Positions 1-12,793 of a DNA stretch of 64,000 nt are shown here, piece after piece. The notes beneath the pieces were generated by a model. It had not been told where the DNA came from. It ran no database searches and was given only the letters and a program-made list of their open reading frames with translations. Each line of letters starts with the position of its first letter. Positions within the stretch are counted from its first letter, which is position 1. The stretch comes from Geosiphon pyriformis uo1 (taxonomy: Eukaryota; Fungi; Glomeromycota), in contig JAAOMT010000301.1 of NCBI GenBank assembly GCA_016748015.1, positions 268,073 to 332,072 on the forward strand, written 5' to 3'. The translations under genes and the position numbers were made by a program.

Positions 1-392
1 CAATATTAAAAAACAATATGAAGCTGTTTTGTATGAAGTTTGCTTCTCAAGTGTTTTTGGAAGCTACATTCTTGGTTAAATTTACAAGCTTTGTACATTT
101 GGCCACCCTCAAAATTGTCAAGTCTTTGGTAATTTCTGAGTCTGGTTCTCTTTTTGCTACTGTTGTGCTGCATGATGTGCTCTTGAATGTGTTTGCTGCT
201 GATATTAAGATGGTTCTCAGTATGTTTGATAGTGTTACTCATGTTGTGCTGAAGTCTGCTGATATTTGGCAGTATGTAGTGGTTTATTTTGAAAAGTTGG
301 ATTCTACTGTGTCTGCTTTGAATTATTGGTCAGTTTTGGTGAACAAGAATAGTGTTAGAATTCTCTCTCTGGTGAATCAAAATGAGACTATT
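1..392. other. Duplicate of 625-1016 abutting an N-gap (393-412); probable scaffolding/overlap artefact
   Basis: ORFs 6..242 and 630..866 translate identically (offset 624). The copy ends exactly at the N run. Confidence 0.8.
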
Positions 393-412
393 NNNNNNNN
401 NNNNNNNNNNNN

Positions 413-2057
413 TTTTGAGAACTGGGCTGATTAAATAGAAACTAAATCATCTTTTTCTCTAGTTTCTGATGCTATTTTTGGTGGTGCTTGGGAAACTATT
501 ACTAGTCATCAAAGGTTTGCTAGGTAAGTAGCCTCTATTCTGGTGCTTAATGCTACTTTTAAGATCAAATTGGCTTATGTCAAGGCTGTTTTTCAGTTAG
601 TACATGGTTTTTTGGATGCAAAGTCAATATTAAAAAACAATATGAAGCTGTTTTGTATGAAGTTTGCTTCTCAAGTGTTTTTGGAAGCTACATTCTTGGT
701 TAAATTTACAAGCTTTGTACATTTGGCCACCCTCAAAATTGTCAAGTCTTTGGTAATTTCTGAGTCTGGTTCTCTTTTTGCTACTGTTGTGCTGCATGAT
801 GTGCTCTTGAATGTGTTTGCTGCTGATATTAAGATGGTTCTCAGTATGTTTGATAGTGTTACTCATGTTGTGCTGAAGTCTGCTGATATTTGGCAGTATG
901 TAGTGGTTTATTTTGAAAAGTTGGATTCTACTGTGTCTGCTTTGAATTATTGGTCAGTTTTGGTGAACAAGAATAGTGTTAGAATTCTCTCTCTGGTGAA
1001 TCAAAATGAGACTATTTTGTTTTCATGATAAGTTTAAGGCCAAGTTGGTCAATTTTCCTTCTGAATGCATAGCTTTTGAAATTAGTAATATGATTTTTCA
1101 AGTTAGTTATTAAACATGTTTTATCCCTCATTTTCTTGAGTTTGGTCATTATTTCCAGTTTGCTCTGGTCACATTTGGTTCTCAAGCTGATTTGGACTCT
1201 GCTATTGTCAAAACTGGTACATTGAGAAAATGCTGTATTTGGTAAGAAACTCCTGGTTGTTAGTGTTGTTTCAAGTGTCAAAAACTAGACCATCTGGTTG
1301 CAGACTGTAAGATTTTTTCACCTTCCCCTCCCAAGGTGTTCACATCATGTTTTGTTGGTTTTAAGTCTTATGCCAAGGCTTCTGCTTTTTTGGTCTTCTC
1401 TGGATTTTCACCTTTGTTATCTTTTGTTTCTTCTCCAGTTGTTATTGGTGATCCTTTGGTGCTATCCCAACTGTCTTCTTTGGAATCTGATTTGACTAAG
1501 CTTTCTGCTTTGGTTGAATCTATTGTTAAGCTTATTGGCTCTCTGATTACAATTTTTAAACAGTTTATTAATGATAATTTGGTTTCAAGTAGTGCTCTTG
1601 GTTTTAGGATCAATAAAATTTTGGTGTATATGAGTTCTTTTAGTAGGACTGTTGGTAAGCTGGAGAGAAAAGTGGTTTCTTTAAAAAAAGAATGCTGCAT
1701 AAAAAACATTGATATGTCTGGTAATTCAGAGCTTTTGCTTGTTGTGAGTAATGAAGTGTTTTCCAACTTAATGTCCCTTTGGGAGCATGAGTCTGTTAAT
1801 GTTAAAACTGATTTCTTTAAAACTGCTGAGTGGCTAGTTGGTTTGGTTTTTTGCAGTACAACTTTGTTTTCTGTCATTTAAAAGATGTCGTCTTTGGGTA
1901 AATTTTCTTTTGTAGTATCAGCATAGTGTGTTCTTGACTGGTTCAAGTGGCTGGTCATGTGTAGAAAATGCATGATTAACATCTAGTTTAGATTGATTCT
2001 TAAATATATTGTTTTAAGTAGCTTTTGGGCCTCACTTGTTAAACTTTAATAAAAAAA
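413..2057 (+). mobile_element. ORF1-only non-autonomous non-LTR retroelement (HAL1-like), 3' part, copy a; ORF disrupted by stops
   Basis: ORF fragments 543..1028 and 1336..1881 match the element at 44118-46420. Knuckle CFKCQKLDHLVADC near 1265-1310. Stop TAG at 1924-1926 is followed directly by the LINE-type 3' tail and an A-rich end. No EN or RT. Confidence 0.8.
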
Positions 2058-2059
2058 TA

Positions 2060-2880
2060 ATAATAATAATAAAATTAACATTAAATATTAAACTTATTTT
2101 TTTGTATTTTATATATAATTTAAAATTTGATAACTGAATTAATTTTCTGTAAACTTTAATTAAACTATAATAATATTTAAATAACAATATTAGTTTGTTT
2201 AAATATATTTAAAAATTTTAAGAATTATTTTTTAAAACCAAAATTTTTAGCAATTGTTATATATATATTAAAAAATTTACAAAATTTCAAAAAACACTAA
2301 TTTAGTTTCAGTTTTTAATATCCAATTTTTGTATTTCTTTAAAAATTATTTTTCTGGTAGTTTATTTTTAAAACAAAAAAACAAATAATTCAAAGTTTTT
2401 ACATTCTTCTATTTTAAACAAAATAAATTTAAATAATTAGAATAATATATTTTTTTATAAAAGTTTAATTATTTACTTGAAAATTTAAATTACTAATTAT
2501 AAAACAGCCAAAGAAAAAATTAACTAATTTAGTTTTAAACATATTATAAAAAACATTATTTTTTTTATTAAAATTAACTAACAAATAAAAACAATATCAA
2601 AAACTTTTAAAGACTTTAAAATTTTTTTACAGTATAGCAATTATATTAGAATTGTAAAAAAAAACTTAAAGCCAAAAAAAGGCTTTTTTAGCAGCCAAAA
2701 CTGCTTTGTATTTGTATTATTTAAAAAAAATGCTTTAGTAAAATACTATCTAACTGTTTCTACAATTAAAAAAGCTTTTAAAGTGGTTGTATTGATAAAA
2801 ACTACATTAAAATTGGTAGTTGCTTCTTTTTTATTTTTTGCTCTAGTTGTGATCATAAAAATATGAAAGAGAAAAGCCCT
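2060..2880 (-). mobile_element. Heavily C>T/G>A-degraded 5' part of a related ORF1-only element
   Basis: 2730-2860 resembles 46250-46385 (tttttgctctagttgtgatcataaaa vs ctctttgctctggtcatagtcataaaa). Relic start codon at 2856 reads MITTRAK, compared with MTMTRAK. Confidence 0.55.
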
Positions 2881-3100
2881 ACTTTGGTAATAAAACATTT
2901 AATATAATTTGCTTATTATTTATATATTAAATAAAATCTACAATAATTATTAAGTGTTATTTTTATATTACAGTTTTACGTACTATATTTGATTATGTTA
3001 ACTTATATTTGAAATTTAAAAATATTAATCAAAGCATTGATAATTAATCAGTTTGTTTCCGACCACCAAGTTATAATATTTAATTGCCTGTAATTTTATA

Positions 3101-4457
3101 ATGTCCGAGGAACATGTCACAACTGACATTATTACTTTAAGTCGCCATGTACTTGATGAACAACGTAGGCATAAAGAAGCCAGTGGGGAGCTTACCCTTT
3201 TGTTGAATGCTATTCAGCTAGGCTGTAAATTCGTGGCAACCAATGTCAGAAAAGCTCGCTTATTAAATTTGTGAAGTATACAGCTAAAGTTTTAGAAACG
3301 CAACATGAGTGAATTAATTGCATTTTGAACTCATTATGCAAATCTAAAACTTAGAATTGGTGTCTCTGGTGTTTCCAATGTTCAAGGGGAGGAACAAAAA
3401 AAGCTTGACGTTATTTCCAATGAAATATTTATCAATGCGCTTCGTTCTTCTGGTAAAGTGGCCGTAATGGTTTCTGAGGAAGATGAATTCCCGATTATTG
3501 TTGAAGAAGGATTAAGAGGACGTTATTGCGTAGTCTTTGATCCCTTAGACGGCTCATCAAACATTGACGCTGGTGTCAATGTGGGGACAATTTTTGGTAT
3601 CTACCGCATTGTATGTTCTCTTCATTTAATCTCTGTTAAAATTTTCAAGCTAAATAGATAAAGTAGTTGTATTAATTTTTTGCGACTCACAAACTAAAGC
3701 GATCTGGGTCCCCTGGCACAGTTGAAGATGTTTTACGGCCAGGTAACGAAATGGTCGTTGCTGGTTACTGTATGTATGGTAGTTCTGCCAATATGGTTTT
3801 ATCGCTTGGGGACGGAGTGAATGGCTATACACTTGACAGTGTAATACATTAAATTACTTTTTATTTTATTATTCAAAAAAAATTCCGAATTATCTAATAT
3901 TTATCTTTCATTTGAACCACAGGCTATCGGAGAGTTCATTTTAACCCATCCAAATGTAATAAAAAACATAATATTATCAGTTTTGAAATTCTTGGGACAA
4001 TCTTAATCTTTAATCCCTATTATGCTTTTCTCAGATTAGAATTCCAAAACGGGGTAAGATATACTCTGTAAATGAAGGTAACGCCATTTATTGGGATGAA
4101 GCGTGTACCGAATACTTTAATTCGATAAAATTCCCACCACCTGGAAAAAACCCTTATTCGGCCAGGTATATCGGTTCAATGGTAGCCGATGTACATCGCA
4201 CGCTTCTCTACGGCGGTATTTTTGCGTATCCAGCCGATAAGAAATCCAGGAGCGGAAAACTTCGTCTTTTATACGAATGCTTTCCAATGGCATTTCTAGT
4301 TGAGCAAGCTGGAGGAAAAGCAATCAGCGGATTCGGTCGAATTTTAGATATCGTTCCCGAAAAGATTCATGCACGTGCCCCTATTTTTTTAGGTAGCAAA
4401 GAAGATGTGGAGGATTTTGAAAGGATCAACACCAAGTATACAAATAACATAGCTTAG
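3101..4457 (+). CDS. FBP1: Fructose-1,6-bisphosphatase class I; exons 3101-3270, 3355-3610, 3700-3840, 3923-3955, 4035-4457
   Basis: Motifs [64 protein letters not shown] introns restore the frame at each junction. Confidence 0.96.
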
Positions 4458-4942
4458 AGCTATTTTGGATGGGTTCAAAAAGATAGAGAATTAAATAGAG
4501 ATCAAAAGTAATTGCAAACGCAAACCTTGCCAGAAAAACTTGATTTCCTTCCCCGTGGTGGATGGTAACACGGTCTAATTTACATATAAACGAAAATCAA
4601 TTATGTCATCCATCCCAGACGTGTTAAGACTCGAAATTTCAATCAAATTAGAATGGAATGTTTGATCCCAAACATCGGGGAATAACCGTAAATCAGGATG
4701 AAACTCAAAAAAAAAGACCTTTTGTGATCAATAAGAGTGCCATATTTTATAGTAAAGTACAAAACACGTGCTGTTGAAATTTAAAACACTTATAAACTGG
4801 GGAAAATTTATGTTTATAATGTTCGTGTATTATCTAAAGACACGTCGTTGTTCGAACCTTTTGAGTGTGAATTTCACAATCATTCAAAGTTAGGGTTGTG
4901 GAATACTTGTGAAATGCATTTTTACTAGCCTAAATATCAGCA

Positions 4943-7900
4943 ATGGAGACTATTAAAATTATAATATTTAACGAACTTTCAACCACCACCTTCTTGTGTC
5001 CTCCCACAATTGAGCAAGACTTTCGAATACCGCCATGTGGCTTGAACACGCTAATTGGAATCACCTTATTAACTTATGTGGTCATTCTTGGTGGTATTTG
5101 GTACTTATCAATAAAAAAAACCTGGAATAACTTCGATGCTAGTTTCTATGGTATGATTTATGAAATTTCTCCTATGTTTTTTAGAGTACCCAGCCTTTTT
5201 GACGCGTTTATATTACATACTCGCAATCGATCAATTTAGAAGGCGGTGAAGATCAAGGTTATTCTTCAGCTTGTTTAGAATACAAAGGCTATCCCGCTTC
5301 ATTATGCACATTAGCAACTGCCATCCAAATTCTTGTTGGGATTCTGGCACTGCTAAACGGATTTTATATCTTATTTATATTTGCGGAAAAAGATCGCATT
5401 AACTCCGCTTTACCCTCCTATATTTTAACATCTCAAATTTTTCGGACAATCGCCTGGGCAATTGGTTATGGTTTGGTAGCGTATGAAAGAAACCAAGGGC
5501 AACGTTGGAGCTACATTACTCAAGGGTTTTGGTATCTAGCTTTCATCTTAACAAACATTGAACTGTATAACCGTCTCGTCTATTTCAATAGACCTCGCGA
5601 AGAGGATGGACCACGTGAATGGGTCCAAAATTGGACACTTATGTCAGTTTATATTTTACGTTATTTGTCGAATCTCACATTAGTAATATGTGCTATTACC
5701 TTGACAATTTTCTGGAGATGTTCAGCTGAGGCCAAAGGATATCATGGATTAAACAATCACAACACCCTATCAGGTCAGAATGATAATGTACTCGATGAGC
5801 AAAACGCACCTGGAAGTACAAATGATTTAGAATCTCCTAATGTTAATTCAAAATCAAATCCTTTAAATGACGATCCAAAATATGCGCCACCCACTACAAT
5901 CGCCGATTTTCTTAGTAAATCAAAAAAATTGTTACCCTTTTTATGGCCCTCTAACGATATAAAGTTGCAGATTCTGATTCTTTTTTGCATGTTGCTATTG
6001 GTGACGGGTCGTATCGTCAACGTGCTGCTTCCATACCAGACTAAAATATTAGTAGATCGTCTCACTGAGAAAAAATTTGCATGGAAAGAGATTCTTTTTT
6101 ATGTGGGTTTACGATTCTTACAAGGTGATGTGGGAATCGTAAAAACCTTACAAAATCTCTTATGGATTCCAATAGGCCAGGTAATTTATATTTAATGCTC
6201 GTCATGTCTACTCATTAATATAAAAAGTTGATTCAACACCATCCTTTAATTTAGTTCACTACGAGGGAGGTATCTGTCAAAATGTTTGAACATTTGCTCA
6301 ATCTATCTTTGAGATTTCATCTCATCCGAAAGACCGGGGAAATACTGAGGGTTCAGGGTAAATTCAAATTAATTAAATCTTGATCTTTTTGATTCCTTTG
6401 GCATAAAATTAAGAGAGATTTTGATTTTTCTTTATAAGATCGTGGTGTTTCTTCAGTTGTTTCTATCCTTTCTTCTTTCCTTTTCAATATCGTACCGACC
6501 CTCGTTGACATCGGAATTGCCGTCATATACTTTACGCTAAACTTCGATCTCTATTTCGGTATGATTGTATTTGTGACAATGGCCAGCTATATATTTAGTA
6601 CGGTTATTATAACCGAATGGAGAACAAAATATCGACGATTCTCAAATTTATTAGATAACGCTATGGAAGCGAGAGTTGGCAAGTAATAAACTATAATATT
6701 TTGAGATTGGTAAAATTTTAATGCATACTTGATGAAGCTTAAAAATTTACAAAAACAGTTGACTCGCTATTAAACTACGAGACAGTCAAGCTATATGCCG
6801 CGGAATCATTTGAAGGTAGTGCACTATCTCTTAAGCTTTGGTTGGTGGAGTTTCATTTACTGACAATTCAAAATGATATATTCAGTCAAACAGTATGGAA
6901 ATGCTATCCTTGCGTTTCAAAAAGCCGATCGCAAGTCCACTATGAGTCTTTACATATTGAACACCACACAAAATATAATAATTCAATGTGGGCTCGTAGC
7001 AGGATGTTTATTATGCGCAAAGCGAATCACCAACGGTGAAATGACAGGCGGGGATTTTGTATTGTATTTGACTTATATTATACAGTTATATGGTCCTTTG
7101 AATTGGTTCGGTACCTACTATCGTGTGATCCAGAAGAACTTTGTTGACATGGAGAAAATGCTTGATCTCTTGCAAGAAGTTCCTGAAGTAAAAGATTTAC
7201 CGGACGCAGCTCCTTTAATTGTTAAAAAGGGTGAAGTTGCGTTTGAAAATGTATCCTTTCATTACGATCCAAGAACACCAATTCTGAAGAACATTTCGTT
7301 CACGATTCCGAGCGGCTCTACGGTTGCATTAGTGGGACCCTCTGGTGGTGGAAAATCTACTATACTTCGTCTCCTTTTCCGATTTTACGATGTTCAAAAC
7401 GGTCGTATTCTTGTTGACGGTCAAGACATTCGGCACGTAAAACAAACCGACTTGAGAGCCTGTATCGGCGTTGTGCCACAGGTAGGCTTTAGTTCTAAAA
7501 TTTGGGTGTTCACGTAACACTTGAACATCAGTCAAAGATATTAACATATGACCGGCATTATTATAGGATACAGTTTTGTTTAATGACACAATAAAATACA
7601 ACATTAGGTACAGCAAAATCACCGCCACCGATAAGCAAGTTGAAAATGCGGCTGCTGCCGCCCAAATTCACGAAAAGATACTGGCATTCCCTGATGGCTA
7701 TGAAACAAAAGTAGGGGAGCGTGGTCTGAGACTCAGCGGTGGAGAGAAACAGAGGGTGGTATGTATTTTCTACTATCCAATATTTGTGGCAAGTTTATAG
7801 CTCAAGTCTTTTTACTGATAATGAATCTTTCAAATTGGGAAAAGGCAATCGCTAGAACACTATTAAAGGTGAGGCATTATATCCCTTATGTTTTAGGAAT

Positions 7901-8601
7901 AGTAATACATCATTTCATTGGGATAAACTGATCGGCTTTACGGTTCAATATAGAACCCTCAAATTGTATTGCTCGATGAAGCCACCTCTGCTCTGGATAC
8001 CCATACAGAACGTCATATTCAAAAAGCACTGCGGCGCATGACAGTGAACCGAACCACCTTAATTATTGGTTTGTTAATTATAAAAAGATTGATGTTTAGA
8101 AATAATTTAGTATTTATAAGGCCTCTTTTTTTAATATGTAACATAGCTCATCGTTTATCCACTATTGTCCGCGCCGATCAAATACTCGTGGTAAAAGAAG
8201 GAGAAATCGTTGAGCGGGGTTCACATCAAGAACTTCTAACCATTAATGATGGCGTATATCATAAATTGTGGAATAAACAATTAAAACTTCACGAGAAAAT
8301 GAAACGAGATGCCGAAGAGACACGAGCAGCTCTAGCTGCCGTGGCTCTCTCTGGTGCTTCTAATGAAGGTCTTACAGACGCTGAGACACTTGTGTTAGAT
8401 GATGAAGGAGAATCAAGTATGGGTGGACAATTAGATAATAGTGAATTAGAGGAGGGAGATGGTGTGGTATCTCCTCAAAGTGAATTGGCAAGTTTCGTGG
8501 ATTTAAGAGACGAGGATAGTGAGGAAGTAATAGACACAATTGGTGCGATAACAACTGATCCAATAACAACTGAAGAGAGCCAAGAAATTCATAATATATG
8601 A
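4943..8601 (+). CDS. HMT1: ABCB6/HMT1-type ABC half-transporter (heavy-metal tolerance family) with N-terminal membrane extension; multi-exon
   Basis: [37 protein letters not shown], Walker [10 protein letters not shown], signature LSGGEKQR, Walker [12 protein letters not shown]-loop AHRLST. The long hydrophobic N-terminus favours HMT1 over ATM1. Exons traced from 4943-5150 to 8147-8601. Confidence 0.88.
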
Positions 8602-8822
8602 CGATTTTCATAGAATTTGCAGTTGAAGTTACTTTTGTATTAATTATTCTGTTTGTCTGTTGCCTCGTTGAATATTAAGATTATATTTGAAGAAATTCAA
8701 TGATCAACACCTGTGGCTGATCATTTCCAGAAAAATCTAATCAGTTAATGTTTGATCAATCGTAAAATGATCATCGATTCCATCAAATTCGTTTTCCACT
8801 TTTTCAAACCCATCCTTCAAGA

Positions 8823-10629
8823 ATGCGCGGTAAAGGGAAAGAGCGTGGTGGTGGTCCAAGTAAGAAGAAAGGAAAGAAGGTGGCCGTTGCGGCAAAAGAG
8901 CCCGAGACGTTTGAAGAACTTATGGAAGGTCACATTTTCAATCTTTTATTTTTGCGACTCGGGTGTTTTTCGCCACTCTTGAATAACTTGTCTAGTTTTT
9001 GACAGAGGGAGTGAAGCAAGAAGAGAAAGGTTTGTTTTACAAGAGGTTTCTAGATCACAGAATTCGGATGTTTTTTTTCAATATTTGATTTGATTTTCTT
9101 GTTTTAAGGCGAACGATATGGTAGCGATGAGAAAGCTGAACGCTTTTATCAGCGTGCACGGGAACTATATGGAAAAGCTCATGAAAAAAAACCTTTAGAT
9201 GCCGATTGCTTATACAATTGGTGAGTCTGTAGATCCACCCCAATACCAATTCATTTTTATTTCGCTCGCTGTCATCATCATTTTTACTCCTTATAATAGG
9301 GGACGAATTCTGTACATTCTTGTTAATTTTGTTCCGATCCATTCGCCATTTGACGTAAAGTTATCTCTCCTTGAAGAATCAATCGAGAAGTTTCGAAGCG
9401 CAGTAATGATTGATCCTGACAATGCCGATGCTCTATTTAATTTGGCTCAAGCATTAACAAGTCAGGCTGATGTAATTCACGAGCGAGACACCGATGATCT
9501 TGATCAAGCGATCGCATCTTATCATGAAGCTGTTACATCTTTTGAACGGGTTTATGTTTTGCAACAAAATGAATTGCAAGATTACGAGAAGAAACAATCA
9601 GATAGTGATAACGAGGAAGCGACGACACCTACGGAAGCTACAATTAGTGGCATCCTTACTGGTGGAGCCGTCGGCTCCTCAAAATCATTAGCATCAACCG
9701 TAACTAAACCATCTTTAAATAATGAACAAAAACTTTCCAATTTAGAGGAGCAAGAAGTTACAGAGACAACACCAATCACTACGGAAACACTAGTGGATAC
9801 TTTAATTGCTATTGCACACACTTTATCACGTTTGGCATCACTTGTGGAATCTCTTGAACATGCCGAAAAATATTATATACAAGCTATTCAAAAACTTGAA
9901 ATGGCGTTGAGTCTGGACGTACCCTCCAAAGAATCTGAAATTCAACATCAATGGGCAAGCGTTTATTCATCTCAGGCTGAACGTGCATACGAGGAAACTG
10001 GTAGCGTTGAACAAGTGCAACGACTTTATGAAATTGCTGTGCAGAAAATGAATAGTGTTGTAAAACAAGATGCTGGTAATGTAGAGGCTATCTGTGATCG
10101 TGGAGATTTACTGACTGAATATGCCCATACTCTCATGAAGTCTGTGATCGTGAGCAAGCGCGATCATGAACTTGAACAACAAGAAAAAATCCGTGAATTA
10201 TTTGATCTTGCTACTAAATCATTTTCAATAGCGATAGAACTTGAACCTTCAAATTCCTCAATTCTCGAAAAACTTGCGTCACTCAATTTTACAATGTCGT
10301 TACTTCCGTTTCCTGCCATGGAGAAAAATAAACCAGAGTTACACAAAAATGCCTTGCAATATTATAAACGTGCTCTAAACACGGATAAGGATAATTTGGA
10401 TGCATACCTGTCTTACGCTTTGGTCATGTCCCACGTACCTGGTAAGGATGGGGACGATGTGGTGAACACTTTGAGTGATTTTCTAGAACGTGGTGGCTCA
10501 AAAGAGTTTGTGGAGGAATGGCAATTGGAGAATCAAGAATTGTTACGAAGTAGTGCAGTGGGCAAAAACTTTGTCAGTAGGGTGATTCAAACTTGCTTTC
10601 CAAAATCAATAAATGATATACTTGATTAA
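8823..10629 (+). CDS. TPR-repeat protein (resembles fungal UPF0656-type proteins); exons 8823-8928, 9006-9029, 9109-9220, 9300-10629
   Basis: Spliced N-terminus MRGKGKER...ETFEELMEEGVKQEEKGERY...KAERFYQRA...DADCLYNWGR. TPR-like segments DPDNADALFNLAQAL, AIELEPSN and YYKRALNTDKDNLDAYLSYA in ORF 9199..10629. Confidence 0.8.
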
Positions 10630-11042
10630 CTCATGTATCAATAAATAAATAAATAAATAAATAAAATAAATGAAGCATGAAACAATCTATTGCAAGTCTT
10701 TGGTTTCTATTAAGATTTCTCTTCATCTATTTTGAGACATATAATCATCTTTTCATAATAATTGAGAAATTTCAAAGTTACATTCCATGAATTAAATAGG
10801 CATTTACTATAAACTATTCACAAATACTTTGGTTACATTTTTTCTCGTACCAAAAAATTCTTTCACTAGTCAGATATACATTTAATTACACTATATTATA
10901 ACATTAAATTGAAATGGTTTTATGATAGTGGGACACAATGTCATTAAGGAAGATAGTAGAAGAGGATTGTTTTGTTTGTAAGGAAGATGAAATATAGTTT
11001 TTTTTTTTTTTTTGAGTATAAATAGTTTCTTGAAAAGATTAG

Positions 11043-12021
11043 CTATCGTGATGAATAGTCTCTTCCTAATTTTTCCAAATGTTCATCGTCATCGTCGTCG
11101 TCATCATCATCATCATCATCGTCATAATCAGTTCCACAATAATCTATGTTATTTTGATTTCTTTTGTTATCATAATCAGTACAGTGCTTCTGATCCTCAT
11201 TCTGACCAACATCGCCAACTCGTTTTTCTTCATTTTTCAGTGATATTTTAGAGTTTTGCGATTTCTGTGATAATCTTTTCGAACTTCTGGAGTCGTTTCG
11301 TCGTTTTTCGATTTGTTTCAGTATTTTATCAGCATTTTTGAACCACGGCGAACCGTTTACATACTTTATTCCAATTAATTTATTGCGAAATGGGAAACCG
11401 AGACAGTGAAGGTGAAGATGGTTGACACTATTATACGGTGGTAGATGGAAACCTAATCTTTGAGAAAAAAATTATTTTAATTTTAGATTAGATAATTTGG
11501 GAAATAATGTGAAATCACAAATCTGAGCATATATATATATACCTGGTATTATCAGTGTTGAAATCAGCCTGCTTTAATAACCGATGTCCAATACTTATCA
11601 TGCGTTGAACTATATCATTTGAGAAATATTTTGGTTAGCTTAGTTTCGAACAATGGTTCTGCTGCTAGCCTTTTTTAGATTGAAAATTTTAACAATGAAA
11701 AGAAATCGGTCAATTACTCACCCAAAGATTCTTCGTCAACTGTTAAGAAATTTACATTGGCCGCTTTTTTGAAAAAAAAAAAAAAAAAAAAGGTCAGAGT
11801 CGGTAAATTTCAAGAATCATGAAAAAAATACAGAGAATAAACTTACGTGTGTGTCGGCGTGGAATCACCAATAAATGCATTCGGGCGGCTGGTTTCATAT
11901 CATGAAATACGATAATGTCTTCGTCTTCGTATACAATTCTCTTCTTTATATCGTTACTGGGATTGTTAACGACGTCACAGAATTCACAATTCAATATCGA
12001 AGAACATGGTATTAACCGCAT
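11043..12021 (-). CDS. HIT-family nucleotide hydrolase (HINT3-like); exons 12021-11847, 11763-11722, 11609-11543, 11457-11043
   Basis: CEFC...VYEDEDIIVFHDMKPAARMHLLVIPRRH, then GFHLPPYNSVNHLHLHCL (HxHxHxx triad) after hand-splicing. Stop TAG at 11043-11045. Confidence 0.88.
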
Positions 12022-12535
12022 AGTCTCTTTAGTTTTTTTTTATATGTTAATATATACAAAGTGTCAAGTGGGTTAACTTTACACGGCAAAGACAAGTCGA
12101 GAATTTTGTAATGGTTTTCTTTTGATAAAAAAGCTGGTTTTTAACTTTTTGTTGCAAGTTTATTTTTTGCTACTTTTTCATCATCTGTTTAAGTTGTTTT
12201 AACCTTTTTTGAATTTTATTTCAAAAGCGGTTCAAGACAAAAGGAAGGCTTTTTTTATATAAAAATTTGACAGGTCAGCGAATCACATACAATTTAAAGA
12301 ATTCGTTGTGATTGGTCTTTTTTCTATATTAAAAAAAAAGGGTAATAATAGTACATAGGAGGGATGAATGGATGGCTGGCTGGCTAGCTAACTAGCTAAC
12401 TAACTAGCTAGAAGAGGCGGTTAAGTTATTCCGAATAGAGAAGCAGGTAGCAGATTTATTCCTTGGAAGATGATTAAACGAGAAAGATTAAAGAGAGAGT
12501 ACCAAAGAATCATGATATGCCGAATTCCCTAAATA

Positions 12536-12536
<1 letters not shown>

Positions 12537-12602
<66 letters not shown>
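12537..12602. repeat. (ATT)n microsatellite
   Basis: Uninterrupted att repeats; a similar run lies at about 14027-14066. Confidence 0.95.
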
Positions 12603-12793
12603 TTATAAAAAAAAAAATAAGAAAGTAGATTTAATGGCATTTGAAAAAATGTCTCTTATTTTGAACACAAATTAGGAAGGTTTATGGTATAAAGTTATTC
12701 AAAAAGTGGATGGTGTAATATGACGTTAAGAGAACTTCCCCTCCCCGGAAATCTCGGAAGTCTGTTGCCGAGTGGTAATTTCAAAAAAAAAAA

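Noticed and set aside
1-1016. Apparent recent tandem duplication
   Set aside because: Identical copies separated by a 20-N gap in a region where real repeats are heavily mutated; best explained as an assembly overlap.
4550-4630. Possible pseudoknot downstream of FBP1 (ggatgg/ccatcc and taacacggtct/agacgtgtta)
   Set aside because: Short stems in a single copy with no comparative support.
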